Below, one piece after another: positions 47,575 to 49,910 of a stretch of 49,910 nt of DNA; within the stretch, counting starts at the first letter, position 1, and each line of letters opens with the position of its first letter. The notes below the pieces were generated by a model, which did not search any database, was not told the DNA's origin, and worked only from the letters and a program-made list of their open reading frames with translations. Position numbers and translations under genes: made by a program. This DNA is from an uncultured bacterium (GTDB lineage Bacteria > Patescibacteriota > Saccharimonadia > Saccharimonadales > 2-12-FULL-41-12). The DNA lies in contig CAWIAU010000002.1 of assembly GCA_963834265.1 (NCBI GenBank), positions 141,929 through 191,838 of the forward strand, in the 5' to 3' direction.

Positions 47575-47782
47575 TTCAATTCTCACTTTCTAAAACATTC
47601 AAAAAATTATTATTTAACACAAATAAATAGCCCGGGAGTGATTCCCGGGCGATTAACGGACAAAATTTGAACGTGTTAAATCAGCCTGGAAATACTACCG
47701 GGCTGCATAAATGAAATGAGTGATTCGCATTATTATATTTCACAACTTTATTATTTTATAATAGCTCATTAAACTTGTCAAT

Positions 47783-47949
47783 TGGTGCGGATGAGAGGAC
47801 TTGCCCCACAATGCATTTTATTGAGCTGAAGCTCTCAAAAAATGGCCAGGCGGTGAAAACGTAACTTGCCACAGGCAACTTACGCCTATCGGTTCAAGTC
47901 TGTCAATCATGACAGAAAAATCGATAACCAGATGCTATCCGTTTTTCTG
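47783..47949. mobile_element. tRNA-Leu(CAG) 3'-associated palindromic mini-element
   Basis: 21-bp exact copy of the tRNA 3' end (47783-47803 = 47950-47970), GAGCTGAAGCTC and CGTAACTTGCCACAGGCAACTTACG hairpins, inverted GGTTCAAGTC at 47891-47900. Confidence 0.65.
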
Positions 47950-48036
47950 TGGTGCGGATGAGAGGACTTGAACCTCCACGAGCTTGCGCCCACTACGTCC
48001 TGAACGTAGCGCGTCTACCAATTCCGCCACATCCGC
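47950..48036 (-). tRNA. tRNA-Leu(CAG)
   Basis: GCGGATG...CTACG-TTCAGGA-CGTAG, long variable arm, GGTTCAAGTCC, CCA. Confidence 0.96.
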
Positions 48037-48078
48037 ATATCTGAACTATTATATATTATACTTTGCTATGTCTAAGGC

Positions 48079-49887
48079 TTACAAACGATCCCTGAGATCC
48101 GGGGTATACGTAGCTTTCGATTCTCGTATCGTCCAGTTTTCTACGTGAGCATATCTATCTGTTGCTATAACTACTGAACGTACATCGAATCCGTGCAGCG
48201 GAGTGCGTACAACATACAGAAATCGTGGCTGGTAAAGTGCCAGTGCCGGAGCGTCCGTCCGCCATACTTCCAGGAACGGCTGGTATTTAACTTTTCGTAC
48301 TGCCCTGTCTGATCGGGTTCTGCCCGCTTCCAGAGCCTTATCGGCTACCGGCGAGTTATACTCACTAAAATTCAATCTGGTTGCAGAACGAATATCGGCC
48401 TGGGAACTATGCCAGTAAGCAAATACGTCGGGATCAGGTCCTAATGATATAGCATCAATCAGGGCATCATAGCTATGAGTCGAAACAGTACTTTTCAGAT
48501 CCTGTTCGGATTGTTGCACTATTTGTACATCGACACCAACTGCTCGCCATTGTTTCTGCAAAGCATCTGTTACACTGGCGTATTCGCTCTTGGCCTGAGC
48601 ATACAGACGGAAAGTTAACGGCGCCCCGTCTTTGCTCCGGATACCGTTATTGGGGTCTTTTATCCAACCGGCCTGATCTAACAGTTGATTTGCCTTGTTT
48701 CGGTCACCCGTAATCTGAACGAGCATAGCATCATAACTGGTATGGGAATGCAGTACGGGTCCGTTGGTTGCAATGAGAGAATACGGCACCTGGGCAAATG
48801 TTTCTTTTTTATCAGCAGCAAGCACCAGTGCCTGCCGGACATTCGGATCTTTCAGAACCCCCTGCGTCGTTTTGAAAAACACCATGACCTGTGCCATAAC
48901 GGGAATACCAAACTGTATTGTTGTGTCATCTGCAGCAAACTCTTCCGGTATAGTCGTAAGTCCTGTCATTGCGTTAATCTGCTTAGCGGCATAGCTATCT
49001 GTCATCTGTTTTTCGTTGCGAAAAGTCTTGACTACAAATCTATCGAGCCGGGGAGCACCGTTATGATAGCGATTAAAAGGCGCCAGAGCAATTTGTTCCT
49101 GCCGATTTGCCGCGTTATCACCACTAACATCAACTGCCTCAAAACGAAATGGCCCTGCGCCTACCGCACCGATGGTATTGAAGTCCGATGACCGAAGTTG
49201 ACTGGCTGGTACCGGTCCGAGGATATGCTCCGGAATAATTCCTGTCGTCAGAGAATGGGAGAAAGCACTGAGCTGACTGGGCAGTTTGAAGATTATAGTA
49301 CGATCATCTTTGGCTGAAATCTCAATGCCCTGCCAGCTGGCCTGCAGATATGATTTCGCATCCGGATTCTGAATAGTTTTATAGGTGAATACTACGTCCT
49401 TGGCGGTTAAAGGCTGGCCGTCCTGCCATACAAGTTCCGGACGAAGCGTTACCGTATAAATTTTTTCGGTTTCGTCTACTGACCATTTTTCAGCCAGATC
49501 ACCGACCAGCTGATGATTATCATCGTATTTTAAAAGTGATGCAAAAATCAACCTGGAAACAGAACCGTCGACAGAACCAACCGCATAAAGCGGATTAGAA
49601 TTTGTATAGGAACCGAGTATACCCTCACTGTATATTCCCCCCGATGCTGCTACCGATACCTGAAAGTGCTTCCGAAGCGCTGAAGTCTGCATTGCTACAG
49701 CCACTATCAGTAAAATCATCAGTCCCAGCCATCCGAGCACGAAACGTCGCACAGCCATAAGACGGACAAGTCGACGAATGAAATGTCGATCCAGCTGCTC
49801 ATCGGCCGTAGCACCGATATCTTCGACCTGTTTTCTGCGTTTTCTAACCGATCGCCGGAGCTGTAAACGTGTAGAGCGCTGTATCAT
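48079..49887 (-). CDS. Peptide ABC transporter substrate-binding protein (family 5, OppA/DppA-like) with N-terminal TM anchor
   Basis: LVGDLAEKW, WQDGQPLTAKDVVFT, VGAGPF, VRQAL, A.QLLDQAGW. Confidence 0.92.
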   Translation of the reverse strand: MIQRSTRLQLRRSVRKRRKQVEDIGATADEQLDRHFIRRLVRLMAVRRFVLGWLGLMILLIVAVAMQTSALRKHFQVSVAASGGIYSEGILGSYTNSNPLYAVGSVDGSVSRLIFASLLKYDDNHQLVGDLAEKWSVDETEKIYTVTLRPELVWQDGQPLTAKDVVFTYKTIQNPDAKSYLQASWQGIEISAKDDRTIIFKLPSQLSAFSHSLTTGIIPEHILGPVPASQLRSSDFNTIGAVGAGPFRFEAVDVSGDNAANRQEQIALAPFNRYHNGAPRLDRFVVKTFRNEKQMTDSYAAKQINAMTGLTTIPEEFAADDTTIQFGIPVMAQVMVFFKTTQGVLKDPNVRQALVLAADKKETFAQVPYSLIATNGPVLHSHTSYDAMLVQITGDRNKANQLLDQAGWIKDPNNGIRSKDGAPLTFRLYAQAKSEYASVTDALQKQWRAVGVDVQIVQQSEQDLKSTVSTHSYDALIDAISLGPDPDVFAYWHSSQADIRSATRLNFSEYNSPVADKALEAGRTRSDRAVRKVKYQPFLEVWRTDAPALALYQPRFLYVVRTPLHGFDVRSVVIATDRYAHVENWTIRESKATYTPDLRDRL

Positions 49888-49910
49888 CCGGATTGCTTAC
49901 GCAAGGATAC

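Noticed and set aside
41808-48036. CRISPR array
   Set aside because: The repeats are tRNA-derived, irregularly spaced and at most two or three copies; no cas genes.

Overview
Bacterial chromosome segment, most likely Candidatus Saccharibacteria (Patescibacteria/CPR). This is inferred from the rpmF-nusB-NUDIX-rnc-rpsP and khpA-trmD gene order, acidic tails on S16 and KhpA, the ddl/murF/alpha-beta-hydrolase block and many apparently leaderless genes. Core genes include gdhA (partial), trmD, khpA, rpsP, rnc, nusB, rpmF (missed by the ORF track), leuS, ddl, murF, ligA, htpX and lemA, plus eight tRNAs, all on the minus strand. There are three accessory zones. (1) About 10.5 kb between khpA and rpsP holds an SsoII/NlaX-like restriction-modification system with Vsr, orphans and pseudogenes. 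(2) A stack of small co-oriented stress/redox genes (35.3-41.8 kb) hangs off the 3' end of tRNA-Gly. It is punctuated by repeated 'terminator-TGGT-N14/15-GAAAGT' sites and looks like a tRNA-anchored, integron-like cassette array. (3) In the tRNA cluster at 41.8-48.0 kb, tRNA-Phe, -Val and -Leu carry 110-180 bp palindromic mini-elements that duplicate and invert parts of the tRNA. The same cluster has a chimeric Val/Leu pseudo-tRNA bounding a stand-alone Ser/Thr kinase. An HNH endonuclease sits between tRNA-Cys and tRNA-Leu. All calls come from manual reading; no database searches were run.
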